A stretch of 64,000 nucleotides of DNA from Methanobacteriota archaeon (GTDB lineage: Archaea; Thermoplasmatota; Poseidoniia; Poseidoniales; Poseidoniaceae). Numbering within the stretch: position 1 is the first letter of the stretch; the number at the start of each line of letters is the position of its first letter. Shown piece after piece: positions 8,842-18,680 of the stretch. The stretch is taken from the NCBI GenBank assembly GCA_002718195.1, contig PBDU01000011.1, forward strand, positions 219,927-283,926, read 5' to 3'. The translations under genes were made by a program, and so were the position numbers. The notes beneath the pieces are model-generated. The model worked only from the letters and a program-made list of their open reading frames with translations. It searched no databases and had not been told where the DNA came from.

Positions 8842-10581
8842 ATGGCAAATGAAGGTAAAATCTACAGAATTTCTGGTCCGGTAGTTACGGCAATCGGAAT
8901 GGAAGCATCGATGTACGACGTTGTAAGAGTAGGTGACGAAGGTCTAATGGGCGAAGTTATCGAATTACACGGTGAGAAAGCAGTTATCCAAGTTTACGAG
9001 GATACATCAGGTATCAGACCTGGTGAACCGGTTATCAACACAAAGGAGACTCTTTCTGTTGCATTAGGTCCTGGTCTTTTAACTCAGATTTATGACGGAA
9101 TTCAGAGACCTCTACCTACTCTAGAAGCAGAGATGGGTTACTTCATCAAGCGTGGATTAGATGCTGACGCATTCGATATGGAAAAGAAGTGGACCTTCAA
9201 TCCAGTTGCATCCGCAGGTGACGCTGTTCAAGGCGGTCAAGTGATTGGAGAAGTGCAAGAGACAGAAACCATTGTTCACAAGATCATGATTCCTCCTGGT
9301 GTATCTGGAACAATCAAGTCCATTGAATCTGGAGATTTCAACGTAACAGAGAATATTGCTGTACTTGAAGACGGTACTGAGATTCAGATGCTACAAAAGT
9401 GGCCTGTTAGAACTCCACGTCCGTACACACAAAAGTACGCTCCCGACACCCCTCTAATCACAGGAATGAGAATTCTTGACTTCCTGTTCCCACTCGCAAA
9501 GGGTGGTGCAGCGGGTATCCCTGGACCATTCGGTTCTGGAAAGACTGTTACCCAACAATCTCTAGCAAAGTTTTCAGACGCTCAAATTGTTGTCTACATC
9601 GGATGTGGCGAGCGTGGAAATGAAATGACTGAAGTATTGGACGAGTTCCCTCACTTGATTGATCCAAATACCGGAAAGCCTCTGATGAACAGAACGGTCA
9701 TGATTGCAAACACATCAAACATGCCTGTAGCTGCAAGAGAAGCATCTGTGTACACTGGAATTACTATTGCAGAATACTTCCGTGACATGGGTTACGATGT
9801 TGCATTGATGGCAGACTCAACCTCAAGATGGGCTGAAGCAATGAGAGAAATTTCCTCAAGGCTTGAAGAAATGCCTGGTGAAGAAGGATATCCTGCTTAC
9901 CTTTCAAGCAGAATTGCCGAATTCTATGAGCGTGCAGGACGTGTAAACTCTCTAGGTGGAGATGACGGGTCTGTTACAGTTATCGGAGCGGTATCACCTC
10001 CTGGTGGTGACATCTCTGAACCTGTCAGCCAAGGTACTCTGAGAATTGTTAAGGTTTTCTGGGGTCTTGATGCTGGTCTGGCAAGACAAAGACACTTCCC
10101 TGCTATCAACTGGTTGAACTCATACTCTCTATACCCGCCTTCTTTGAACCAGTGGTACAGAGACAATATTGCACAGGATTTCCCTGAGATTAGAACTGAA
10201 ATTTCTACTCTATTACAGATTGAGTCCGAACTTCAAGAAATCGTACAATTAGTCGGTTCAGATGCTCTACCGGTCGACCAACAACTAACTCTAGAAGTTG
10301 CTAGAATGATCAGAGAATATTTCCTACAACAAAACGGATTCCACGATGTTGATGCATCCTGTGAAATAAATTTGGTCTACAAGATGGCTAAGGCTATCCT
10401 AACCTTCCAAACAGCAGCAAAGGCTGCTATGGCTGCAGGTGCTCAATTAGAAGACATCACTGGTGTACCATCAAGGTCTACCTTGATGAGAGGAAAATTC
10501 GAAGCATCATATGTTGACGATATCGAAGAAATGGTTGCTACCATGGTTAAAGAAATCGAAGCGACCGTGGAGGACAACTGA
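8842..10581 (+). CDS. atpA: A-type ATP synthase catalytic subunit A
   Basis: P-loop GPFGSGKT. Non-homologous-region insertion typical of A/V-type A subunits. ATG at 8842 preceded by AAGGAGG; the track start at 8809 is an upstream alternative start. Confidence 0.95.
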   Translation: MANEGKIYRISGPVVTAIGMEASMYDVVRVGDEGLMGEVIELHGEKAVIQVYEDTSGIRPGEPVINTKETLSVALGPGLLTQIYDGIQRPLPTLEAEMGYFIKRGLDADAFDMEKKWTFNPVASAGDAVQGGQVIGEVQETETIVHKIMIPPGVSGTIKSIESGDFNVTENIAVLEDGTEIQMLQKWPVRTPRPYTQKYAPDTPLITGMRILDFLFPLAKGGAAGIPGPFGSGKTVTQQSLAKFSDAQIVVYIGCGERGNEMTEVLDEFPHLIDPNTGKPLMNRTVMIANTSNMPVAAREASVYTGITIAEYFRDMGYDVALMADSTSRWAEAMREISSRLEEMPGEEGYPAYLSSRIAEFYERAGRVNSLGGDDGSVTVIGAVSPPGGDISEPVSQGTLRIVKVFWGLDAGLARQRHFPAINWLNSYSLYPPSLNQWYRDNIAQDFPEIRTEISTLLQIESELQEIVQLVGSDALPVDQQLTLEVARMIREYFLQQNGFHDVDASCEINLVYKMAKAILTFQTAAKAAMAAGAQLEDITGVPSRSTLMRGKFEASYVDDIEEMVATMVKEIEATVEDN

Positions 10582-10594
10582 AGGAGGAATAATC

Positions 10595-11974
10595 ATGGCA
10601 GGAAAAGAATACAGAACAATCACAGACGTAAAGGGACCACTAGTATTCCTTGAAAAGACTGAGCCAGTAGCGTTCGGAGAAATTGTAACTCTAAAACTAA
10701 GCAATGGTACAATCAAGAATGGACAAGTTCTTGACACATCCGATGATTTAGTGGTGGTACAAGTTTTCGAAGGGACTGCTAAGGTGGACAGAAACACTGG
10801 TGTTACTTTCATGGGAGATGTTTTCAAATTACCAGTTTCAACCGACTTAGTTGGAAGAATTTTGGACGGAGCAGGAAGACCAAGAGATGGTGGACCAGAA
10901 ATCGTAGCAGAAGAGAAAGCTGACATTATCGGTGAAGCGATCAACCCGTTCTCAAGAAAGAGTCCACACGACTTTATCCAAACAGGTATCTCAGCAATTG
11001 ACTGCTGTACTACTCTTGTTCGTGGACAGAAGCTACCTATCTTCTCAGCATCAGGTCTACCTCACAACGACATTGCTCTACAAATTGCAAGACAAGCAAA
11101 ACTGAAGGATTCAGATGAAGAGTTTATTGTTGTATTCTGTGCAATGGGAATCACTGCTGAAGAATACAACTACTTCAGGTCTGACTTGGAGAGAACCGGT
11201 GCTCTAGAAAATGCGGTACTATTCGTAAATCTTGCTGATGACCCTGCTGTCGAGAGAATCATTACTCCAAGACTAGCATTGACTGCAGCAGAATACCTTG
11301 CTTTCGAGAAGGATTACCACGTACTTGTTATCTATACTGACATGACAAACTACTGTGATGCATTGAGACAAATCGGTGCTGCTAGAGAAGAGGTTCCAGG
11401 AAGACGTGGATACCCAGGTTACATGTATACTGACTTGGCTATGCTTTACGAGCGTGCTGGAATTATCAAAGGAAAGAAAGGTTCAATCACTCAATTCCCA
11501 ATTTTGACAATGCCTGGTGACGATATTACTCACCCAATTCCTGACTTGTCAGGATATATTACAGAAGGTCAGATTGTTATCAGTCGTGAGTTATACCAGC
11601 AAGGAATTTATCCGCCGATCAACGTTTTGCCTTCATTGAGCAGATTGATGGGTTCCTGTATTGGTGCTAAAACAACTCGTGAGGACCACAAATCCGTATC
11701 TGACCAAATGTATGCTGCATACGCTCAAGGAAGAGAACTAAGAGGACTTGTAGCGATTGTTGGTGAAGATGCACTAAACGAGCGTGACAAGCAACTTTTG
11801 GACTTCTCCGGAGTCTTTGAGGATAAATTCTTGAGACAAGGACAAGATGAAGACAGGTCCATTGATGACACTCTCGACCTATGTTGGGATTTGATGTCAA
11901 GCATCTCTACCAAGTACTTGGTAAGACTTGACCAAAAGTGGATTGAAAAGTACCACCCAGACAACAGGGCTTGA
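10595..11974 (+). CDS. atpB: A-type ATP synthase subunit B
   Basis: [18 protein letters not shown]..., homologous to A/V-type B subunits. ATG 10595 preceded by AGGAGG. The track ORF begins inside atpA. Confidence 0.95.
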   Translation: MAGKEYRTITDVKGPLVFLEKTEPVAFGEIVTLKLSNGTIKNGQVLDTSDDLVVVQVFEGTAKVDRNTGVTFMGDVFKLPVSTDLVGRILDGAGRPRDGGPEIVAEEKADIIGEAINPFSRKSPHDFIQTGISAIDCCTTLVRGQKLPIFSASGLPHNDIALQIARQAKLKDSDEEFIVVFCAMGITAEEYNYFRSDLERTGALENAVLFVNLADDPAVERIITPRLALTAAEYLAFEKDYHVLVIYTDMTNYCDALRQIGAAREEVPGRRGYPGYMYTDLAMLYERAGIIKGKKGSITQFPILTMPGDDITHPIPDLSGYITEGQIVISRELYQQGIYPPINVLPSLSRLMGSCIGAKTTREDHKSVSDQMYAAYAQGRELRGLVAIVGEDALNERDKQLLDFSGVFEDKFLRQGQDEDRSIDDTLDLCWDLMSSISTKYLVRLDQKWIEKYHPDNRA

Positions 11975-12005
11975 TTTCAAGGAGTAAAAGCGGGAGGAAT
12001 ATGAA

Positions 12006-12623
12006 ATGGCATTGGATATTAAGCCAACCCGCAGCGAATTAATTAAGCTGAAAGCAAGAATTAAGCAAACCAAAAATGGTTACAAATTGTTGAAGATGAA
12101 GCGTGATGGTCTATTCCACGAATTTAGATCCCTTCTTGCTGAAATGATAGAGGCAAAGAAAGATCTTACTGCAACTTACAGATTAGCCAAGACCCGTATT
12201 GACTTAGCGAATGCTATCGAGGGTGGTTTAGCGGTTAGAGCAACAGCAATTGCAAACTCTGCACATCCAGAAGTTGAAGTTCAGAGGAGAAATATCATGG
12301 GTGTAGTAGTACCAAATATCCAAGGTTCAGGTCTGAAATCATCCTTCGATAGCAGAGGAGTCGGTTTTATTGGTTCAAGCCCATATATCGATGAAGCGAG
12401 TGACTCATTTGGAAATTTGATTGAAAAAATAGTCACCGCTGCGGAGATGGAAGCTACTCTAAAGAGGCTACTGGAAGAAATCGAAGCAACAAAAAGGCGT
12501 GTAAATGCTTTGGAATTCAAGGTCATTCCGGAACTTGAAGAAGCACAAGGTTTCATCAAATTAAGGCTTGAAGAGATGGAAAGAGAAGAAACCTTCCGTT
12601 TGAAGAGATTCAAAAACAAGTAA
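12006..12623 (+). CDS. atpD: A-type ATP synthase subunit D
   Basis: 205-aa coiled-coil protein, RBS GGGAGG. Terminal gene of the canonical operon. Confidence 0.9.
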   Translation: MALDIKPTRSELIKLKARIKQTKNGYKLLKMKRDGLFHEFRSLLAEMIEAKKDLTATYRLAKTRIDLANAIEGGLAVRATAIANSAHPEVEVQRRNIMGVVVPNIQGSGLKSSFDSRGVGFIGSSPYIDEASDSFGNLIEKIVTAAEMEATLKRLLEEIEATKRRVNALEFKVIPELEEAQGFIKLRLEEMEREETFRLKRFKNK

Positions 12624-15161
12624 TTGTTCTCTAAACCTAAGGGCGACGATGTCGACGATGTTGGACCTCTCGGCAGAACAGTTGGTGAGTTAATGCAAAA
12701 TGGAGAAGAAGAGGGTGATTATGTCTCCCAGGACTCCGTTGAGCAGATTGATATTCATAGAAAAGTTTGGGACCAAAAAGAGTTGATAGTAAGAATTCTA
12801 AATCGTCACTTCACCTTGCTTGAAGATTATGGCGGAAATTGGCCGCAATGGAAAATAGATTCCTACCCTGACTCAAATGTTCATGACTCTCTGGAGGATG
12901 CCAATAAGGAACTAGACCCACTCAACTTAGTCGCTAGGCTGAGTTTAGGAAAACCATGGAATATTCAAATCGTTCCTATGAAATCAAGTCAATTTCCACA
13001 TGTTAAATGGAGTATTCTTTTGTGGTTAATGTCGGCAATCACCCTAACAGCTGCAGCAATTAATTGGATGTCACCAAGAAGACCCGCAGAAGGATACTTT
13101 GCTTCATCTTTGATTTCAGATGCAATATTGAGTTATACTTTGCCTGTACTTTTTGCCTTAGGCATAATTTCAGTCATTCAACAAGTCACATCTCGTAAAA
13201 GGGGTACAAGAGCGGGTGTTTTAGTACCTATTTTTGATCCATCAATTCTCCTTTGGATTTCTGGTTTGTCCTCGGAATTATTGTTTTGGCCCTTCGGTAT
13301 TTTGATGGTCACAACATTACCAAGAATGTCTTCAAGAGTATACAAGAATAGGGAAGATCTTGGAATAATCTCTCTTGTACCTGTTTTATCGATGTTAATT
13401 TTTGGTATGGCATATTGGATAATTGGTCTAATCCTTGCTCCTGAACAAACGCTTGTAACCTCAGCCCCTCATTCGATTACGCCAACATATTTCATGCAAG
13501 TAATCATTCCACCAGAACTGATTGCAAGCTCTGTTTGGGCATCTCCGATAGTTCTAGCAGGTGCTTGTTTGGCTCTGATGTCATGGCTAAACTCTTTGCA
13601 CATACCTGGCCTTCCCGGAGGCAGGTTACACATATCCAGAAGAACTTCCAAAGAAGTAAGAGACTTTTGGACTTTCACATTCCTTCTATCTTCATGCTTT
13701 TTGGGAGCAGTAGTCTACAACGTATTCGAATATTTTTCCATGTGGACAATGATTATCCCATTCCTTGCTGCTTTACTTGTCCTAAATGGCACAAGGCAAG
13801 GAATACCATTTGTTCTGGATGAGGAGAAGCGTCTTTCTAACACAAGCGAATTCAGGATAGGATTTGTTTGGGGGCTTGTATTGCTTGTTGCTCTTCCTGC
13901 AGTAGAAACAATGACCTATCATGATAATTGGAATTCGGAGATTGAGTACTCAGTTGAATCGGATTTAGTGGAGATGATAGGAGACGATTGGAATTTCAGT
14001 TTCACTATCCAAGTTGTTAATCCATCACTGCAAGACAAACAATGGGAATTCTCGCTAAGAGAATCTCCTAATCAGGGCTGGAACTTTGACTCCACATGCT
14101 TAGAATCTATTTGCAAAGGGGAACTTTCAGCCCTCGATTTTGAAATTATCAGAATTAACGCAACATGGAATAATTCTGTTTATGACCCAACTTCTTCATC
14201 ATTCTTAGTCGAAGTAGGAAATGAATTTGATTTTAGGATAGTAGAGATTGATTTAGGAGAATATAATGGTCCTTTATCCGACCGTACTTCAATCATCGAG
14301 ATGGATCAAGAATACTTCCACTGCGTCGATTTTATGAGTAACCAATCCGGAAACCTATCCCTAAATCTCGACCAGGTTAACTCATCCTTCTTTTCTTTTG
14401 AATCTTCAAATTCTCAGGTTGTTGAAGTAAAGGAAGGTAATAATCAGGTATGCATAGATGCACGGGAAGAGATACTATTCAAAACTAGGGATAACTTTGA
14501 AATTTCGTTTAACAATTCTACATATTTGGTTGGTTTGTCTGAAGATGTCGAAAAATCACTCATAATTCCGCCTGCCGGATGGCTGTTGAACGGTAGTGAG
14601 ACCGGTTGGACAGATTCATTTGCAAATGGTGGTGAATTGATTTTGAATGATTATAATTGTACATTTTCCCCTCTCATGGGTCCAAGCATGCCTCAAGAAG
14701 GAGAATGGGTTTGGAATATGAGTAACCGTAGTATGGCATCAATTCCATCGTTAGGAAATGATTCTTTGAGACTGATTGTGCCTGATGACTCTAGTTTATT
14801 GCTATGTGATAATGACTTCAATATAGTCGCTAATTTTTCGGTTGAATACGGACCGGAAATCCTTGTTAATCATTCCAACGAGTATTCAAGAATTTGGAAT
14901 GATGAACTAATTTGGGTAAACTTTGGGGAAGAGAACAATACCTTTGAAATTGAGATAATTAATCCATCAAATCGAGCAGTCGATTACACATCCAATTGGC
15001 TAAGGGGTCAATCTTGGAGTCATGCAGAATCAAACCCAGAACAAATTTCTCCGGGAAGCAATACATTTTCACTCAATGCTGATCATAGCAATCCCTCCTT
15101 TGTCTTCCTTTCTTATGATGACGATGAGATTATTTTCAATTTCATATCTTTTGAGGTATAG
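12624..15161 (+). CDS. Large polytopic membrane protein with N/S/T-rich extracytoplasmic C-terminal domain (many N-x-S/T sequons)
   Basis: 845-codon open frame beginning directly after the atpD stop (TTG at 12624). The real start could be a downstream ATG such as ~12693. Several hydrophobic helices at aa 130-420, then a long hydrophilic domain. No recognisable catalytic motif (no HExxH). Confidence 0.6.
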   Translation: MFSKPKGDDVDDVGPLGRTVGELMQNGEEEGDYVSQDSVEQIDIHRKVWDQKELIVRILNRHFTLLEDYGGNWPQWKIDSYPDSNVHDSLEDANKELDPLNLVARLSLGKPWNIQIVPMKSSQFPHVKWSILLWLMSAITLTAAAINWMSPRRPAEGYFASSLISDAILSYTLPVLFALGIISVIQQVTSRKRGTRAGVLVPIFDPSILLWISGLSSELLFWPFGILMVTTLPRMSSRVYKNREDLGIISLVPVLSMLIFGMAYWIIGLILAPEQTLVTSAPHSITPTYFMQVIIPPELIASSVWASPIVLAGACLALMSWLNSLHIPGLPGGRLHISRRTSKEVRDFWTFTFLLSSCFLGAVVYNVFEYFSMWTMIIPFLAALLVLNGTRQGIPFVLDEEKRLSNTSEFRIGFVWGLVLLVALPAVETMTYHDNWNSEIEYSVESDLVEMIGDDWNFSFTIQVVNPSLQDKQWEFSLRESPNQGWNFDSTCLESICKGELSALDFEIIRINATWNNSVYDPTSSSFLVEVGNEFDFRIVEIDLGEYNGPLSDRTSIIEMDQEYFHCVDFMSNQSGNLSLNLDQVNSSFFSFESSNSQVVEVKEGNNQVCIDAREEILFKTRDNFEISFNNSTYLVGLSEDVEKSLIIPPAGWLLNGSETGWTDSFANGGELILNDYNCTFSPLMGPSMPQEGEWVWNMSNRSMASIPSLGNDSLRLIVPDDSSLLLCDNDFNIVANFSVEYGPEILVNHSNEYSRIWNDELIWVNFGEENNTFEIEIINPSNRAVDYTSNWLRGQSWSHAESNPEQISPGSNTFSLNADHSNPSFVFLSYDDDEIIFNFISFEV

Positions 15162-15163
15162 TC

Positions 15164-16105
15164 ATGAACATAGCAATAGTTGGTGCAGGCTCGATAGGGG
15201 GCTTATTTGCAGCCAAGCTATCGAATGCTGGAGTAGAGAATCTTCTAGTTCACTCCAGGGGAACAATGGGCGAATCATTCATATCCACTGGAATTAATAT
15301 ATCCGGTTTAGCAACACTTAGTATTCCAGTGTCGAACTTTTTTCCAAGCATTGCAGAAGTTGGTATTCCTCCTGAATGGAAACAAGCATCGGACCTGATA
15401 ATCATCACAGGGAAGTCTACTCATGCTGAAGAGTTAATTGAAACAGCACACGTTTTATCCCACTCGAAGTCAATCATATTTTCACCTTCAAATGGAATTG
15501 GTTGGGAAGAATTGCTTTGTAAGAAATTCGGCAAATCGAGAGTTCTTGCAGCAAGTACCACTCATGCTGCAAAAAGAGAAGGCAACTCATCGATCATATA
15601 TACTGGAATTGGAGAGATAGTTCTAGGTGCAATCGGAGGAAACATAAGCGAAGATGCCGTGCAAGAGATTATTGATTTATTATCTAAATCCTCACTCAAA
15701 CCTAGATGGGTTGATGACGGCGAATCAGTTGTTTGGGAAAAAGCGATTCTCAATGCGGCAATAAATCCTCTAGCGGCTCTCTCTGGAGTGAAAAATGGGG
15801 AACTGCTTAAAGGAAATAATTGGTTTACGGCATTAGAAATAATGTATGAAGCCTGCCTTGTTGCAAGAACTCATGGCGTATTGATTAGGCAAGATGAGGA
15901 AATGGAAGAGCTACTTTCTCACGTTTTAGAATCGACTGCACAGAATACTTGCTCTATGGGTCAAGATTTGATGTATGGCAGGAAAACCGAAATCGATTTC
16001 ATAAATGGGAAAATAGTTGAATTGGCTGAAACATATGGTATTCCAGTTCCATTCAATCGTTTGCTGACTACATTGGTAAAGATGTCAGAGCCAAATAAAG
16101 ATTAA
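15164..16105 (+). CDS. panE: 2-dehydropantoate 2-reductase (ketopantoate reductase, ApbA/PanE family)
   Basis: N-terminal Rossmann motif MNIAIVGAGSIGG. Length of 313 aa and C-terminal region typical of ApbA. Confidence 0.75.
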   Translation: MNIAIVGAGSIGGLFAAKLSNAGVENLLVHSRGTMGESFISTGINISGLATLSIPVSNFFPSIAEVGIPPEWKQASDLIIITGKSTHAEELIETAHVLSHSKSIIFSPSNGIGWEELLCKKFGKSRVLAASTTHAAKREGNSSIIYTGIGEIVLGAIGGNISEDAVQEIIDLLSKSSLKPRWVDDGESVVWEKAILNAAINPLAALSGVKNGELLKGNNWFTALEIMYEACLVARTHGVLIRQDEEMEELLSHVLESTAQNTCSMGQDLMYGRKTEIDFINGKIVELAETYGIPVPFNRLLTTLVKMSEPNKD

Positions 16106-17706
16106 ATCAAGTCTTTATTGAAATGCAATCCTTTATTCTCTCTACGCTCTAAGGCATCTAAGATTACTAACTTCGCTAATTGAGCCATATTCCTTAATTC
16201 AACTAAATCTCTAGAAGGAATCGATGATTTCCATAATTTGTCTACCTCGCCGTTGAGTAGATCAACCCTTCTCTGAGCTCTTTTCAGTCTTGCGAAACTG
16301 CGAGAAACACCAACTTCTCTAAACATTGATTTTCTAAGATCCTCCCTATCGTTTACGATTGGTGAGTGTTCCACCAATTCGTCTAAACCATCAGCTCTCC
16401 AATTTGGTAAATCTCTTTTATCTGCTCCTTCAATAGGGTTAGCGATTATGAATTCAGCAGCCCTATGTGCATATACAACTGCCTCCAAAAGGGAATTACT
16501 TGCAAGTCTATTTGCTCCATGCATTCCAGTTCGTGCTACTTCACCAATTCCAAATAAACCGGGCATTATCTCACCATTTTCCAGTTTAACAGCACCCTTT
16601 GAATCAACGCTGACCCCACCAACCATGTAGTGTGCAGCGGGGGTAACTGGAATCTCGTCATCACCCAATTTAAGTCCAAAATTATCTAAGTGAGATTGAA
16701 TTGTTGGAAATCTGTTGGTAAGATAATCTGAATCCAGGTGTTTAGTGTAAAGGTATACTTCATTACGACCAGATTTTTTCAAGTTGGAATCAATGGTCCT
16801 TGCTACGATATCTCTCGTTGCTAAAGACCCTAATTCTGAGGCATTTTTCATGAATGAAAAATCATTAGCATCTATCCTTTTTCCTTCTTCAATGCTACTT
16901 TCTATAGATTTTAAACCTTCAAAGTCAAGTAAAACCGCACCTTCTCCCCGAAGTGCTTCAGAAATCAGAAAAGGTCTGTTAGAATTAAGAGTCGATGCAG
17001 TAGGATGAAATTGTACATATGCTAAGTCCTGAACTTCACAACCTGCCCTTTTTGCCATCATCATTCCATCTCCAGTAGCAACACTAGGATTTGTTGTTCT
17101 TGACCACAACTGCCCGGCTCCTCCAGTCGCTATAATGACATAATCTGCGGGAATTGTTTCAACCTCTCCTCCGGTGGAATCCATGCACCACAAGCCGGTG
17201 ATTCCCGCGCTCGGGTTTCCATGCACCTTCTGAATTAAATCAATCACCAGAGTATTATCTCTTATCTCGATATTTTCATGTTCATATACTCGATTTAGTA
17301 AAGATGTCTCTATCTCCCTTCCTGTAGCGTCTTTAGCGTGAAGAATTCGAGAGTCACTATGTCCGCCTTCCTTGGTAAGGTTGAATTTCCCCGAATCATC
17401 CCTATCAAAATTAACTCCAATGTTAATCAAGTCAAGAATTCTATTTCCAGATTCTTCTACTATTGATCTTACAACATCATCATCGCATTCACCATCACCT
17501 GATTTGAGTGTGTCAGAAATGTGTGATTCTAATGCCTGAATATTTGTTTTATCCAATATTCCTGCAATACCTCCTTGTGCCCAATTTGTGGATGAGTCTT
17601 TGCTTCTCTGCTTGGTTAGGATAAGCACTTTGTGACCAGAATCGGCAATTTTAATCGAACAGAATAGACCTGCTATTCCGCTGCCTATCACGACAACACT
17701 ACTCAT
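16102..17706 (-). CDS. nadB: L-aspartate oxidase (FAD-dependent; fumarate reductase/succinate dehydrogenase flavoprotein family)
   Basis: FAD motif VVVIGSGIAGL. 534 aa, consistent with NadB rather than the longer SdhA. Flavoprotein family motifs throughout. Confidence 0.8.
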   Translation of the reverse strand: MSSVVVIGSGIAGLFCSIKIADSGHKVLILTKQRSKDSSTNWAQGGIAGILDKTNIQALESHISDTLKSGDGECDDDVVRSIVEESGNRILDLINIGVNFDRDDSGKFNLTKEGGHSDSRILHAKDATGREIETSLLNRVYEHENIEIRDNTLVIDLIQKVHGNPSAGITGLWCMDSTGGEVETIPADYVIIATGGAGQLWSRTTNPSVATGDGMMMAKRAGCEVQDLAYVQFHPTASTLNSNRPFLISEALRGEGAVLLDFEGLKSIESSIEEGKRIDANDFSFMKNASELGSLATRDIVARTIDSNLKKSGRNEVYLYTKHLDSDYLTNRFPTIQSHLDNFGLKLGDDEIPVTPAAHYMVGGVSVDSKGAVKLENGEIMPGLFGIGEVARTGMHGANRLASNSLLEAVVYAHRAAEFIIANPIEGADKRDLPNWRADGLDELVEHSPIVNDREDLRKSMFREVGVSRSFARLKRAQRRVDLLNGEVDKLWKSSIPSRDLVELRNMAQLAKLVILDALERRENKGLHFNKDLI

Positions 17707-17807
17707 GCGAATACAGTCCTCCCAATTGGTGGTTATTCTTCACCTCATCGGATTTATCACAATTCTAATCGCATAAACTAATAATGATAATCCTCAGGAT
17801 TTAACTG

Positions 17808-18551
17808 ATGGCAAAGAGGAAAATTGCGAGTTTATTCGGCCTCGCAATTCTTATTTTTGTTATTGGAAATGCTCAATTTGGCGCAGTCGCACCTAGAGCT
17901 TATGAGGGAATTGATGAGAATTACAAAATCAATGTAATGAGCTTGAGCGATCCGCTTTGTACGGGTGACCAAATCGTGGAACATCTGGAAACATTGGGTC
18001 AATCTCATTGCCTTGAGGAACCAGGAGTTTGGAATGGTGAAGATTTACTGATGGGTATCGAGGGTCTTGCATTGGTGGCTGCGGGTTTTTTGCGCATGCC
18101 TAAAGATCCACTAAAAGCTCAAAAAGTGAGAAAATTGATGTTTGCTTCGGGTGCCATGCTATTCGGTGTGGCAATTTTAGATCGGTTACAATATCTCCCT
18201 TCTTCTTATTCTTCCGCTGGACTTGTCGATATAGTTCCATTTATTGAAAAACCAATCATGTTACAATTGCTAGTTGCTTTTGTTGGAACCCTGCTTTTGA
18301 TGGGTCCCAAGTACACTAATTCAGAATTTGCTATTGAAAGGGCACGCAGGCAACAAAATAGGGACAAACACAGAAAAGCATTCGCTGCAACTTACAAACA
18401 AGATGTGTCCAAGAGGATAACAAGATCAAGACTGACTCAATCTCAATACAGTCCTCAGGGTGGTACAACAAGAGGAGTGAGAGTCTTTGCTACATGCCCA
18501 TACTGTAAGGGGAAAGGTTGCGATGTTTGTTCTAAATCTGGCGTTTTCTGA
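17808..18551 (+). CDS. Hypothetical membrane protein with C-terminal zinc-ribbon (CPYCKGKGCDVC)
   Basis: N-terminal signal/TM segment, 3-4 hydrophobic helices, basic linker, terminal CxxC...CxxC. Confidence 0.5.
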   Translation: MAKRKIASLFGLAILIFVIGNAQFGAVAPRAYEGIDENYKINVMSLSDPLCTGDQIVEHLETLGQSHCLEEPGVWNGEDLLMGIEGLALVAAGFLRMPKDPLKAQKVRKLMFASGAMLFGVAILDRLQYLPSSYSSAGLVDIVPFIEKPIMLQLLVAFVGTLLLMGPKYTNSEFAIERARRQQNRDKHRKAFAATYKQDVSKRITRSRLTQSQYSPQGGTTRGVRVFATCPYCKGKGCDVCSKSGVF

Positions 18552-18680
18552 CTTTTCGGCGTTAAATTTACCCTACAAAAATATGTCATTTTCATTGCAC
18601 ACCACTCGATTTCTTTAAGACCCCTCAACAACCATCCTGTCAAAGGTTAGGGAGTAAAAATCCCATCTGGAGGTTATTGG

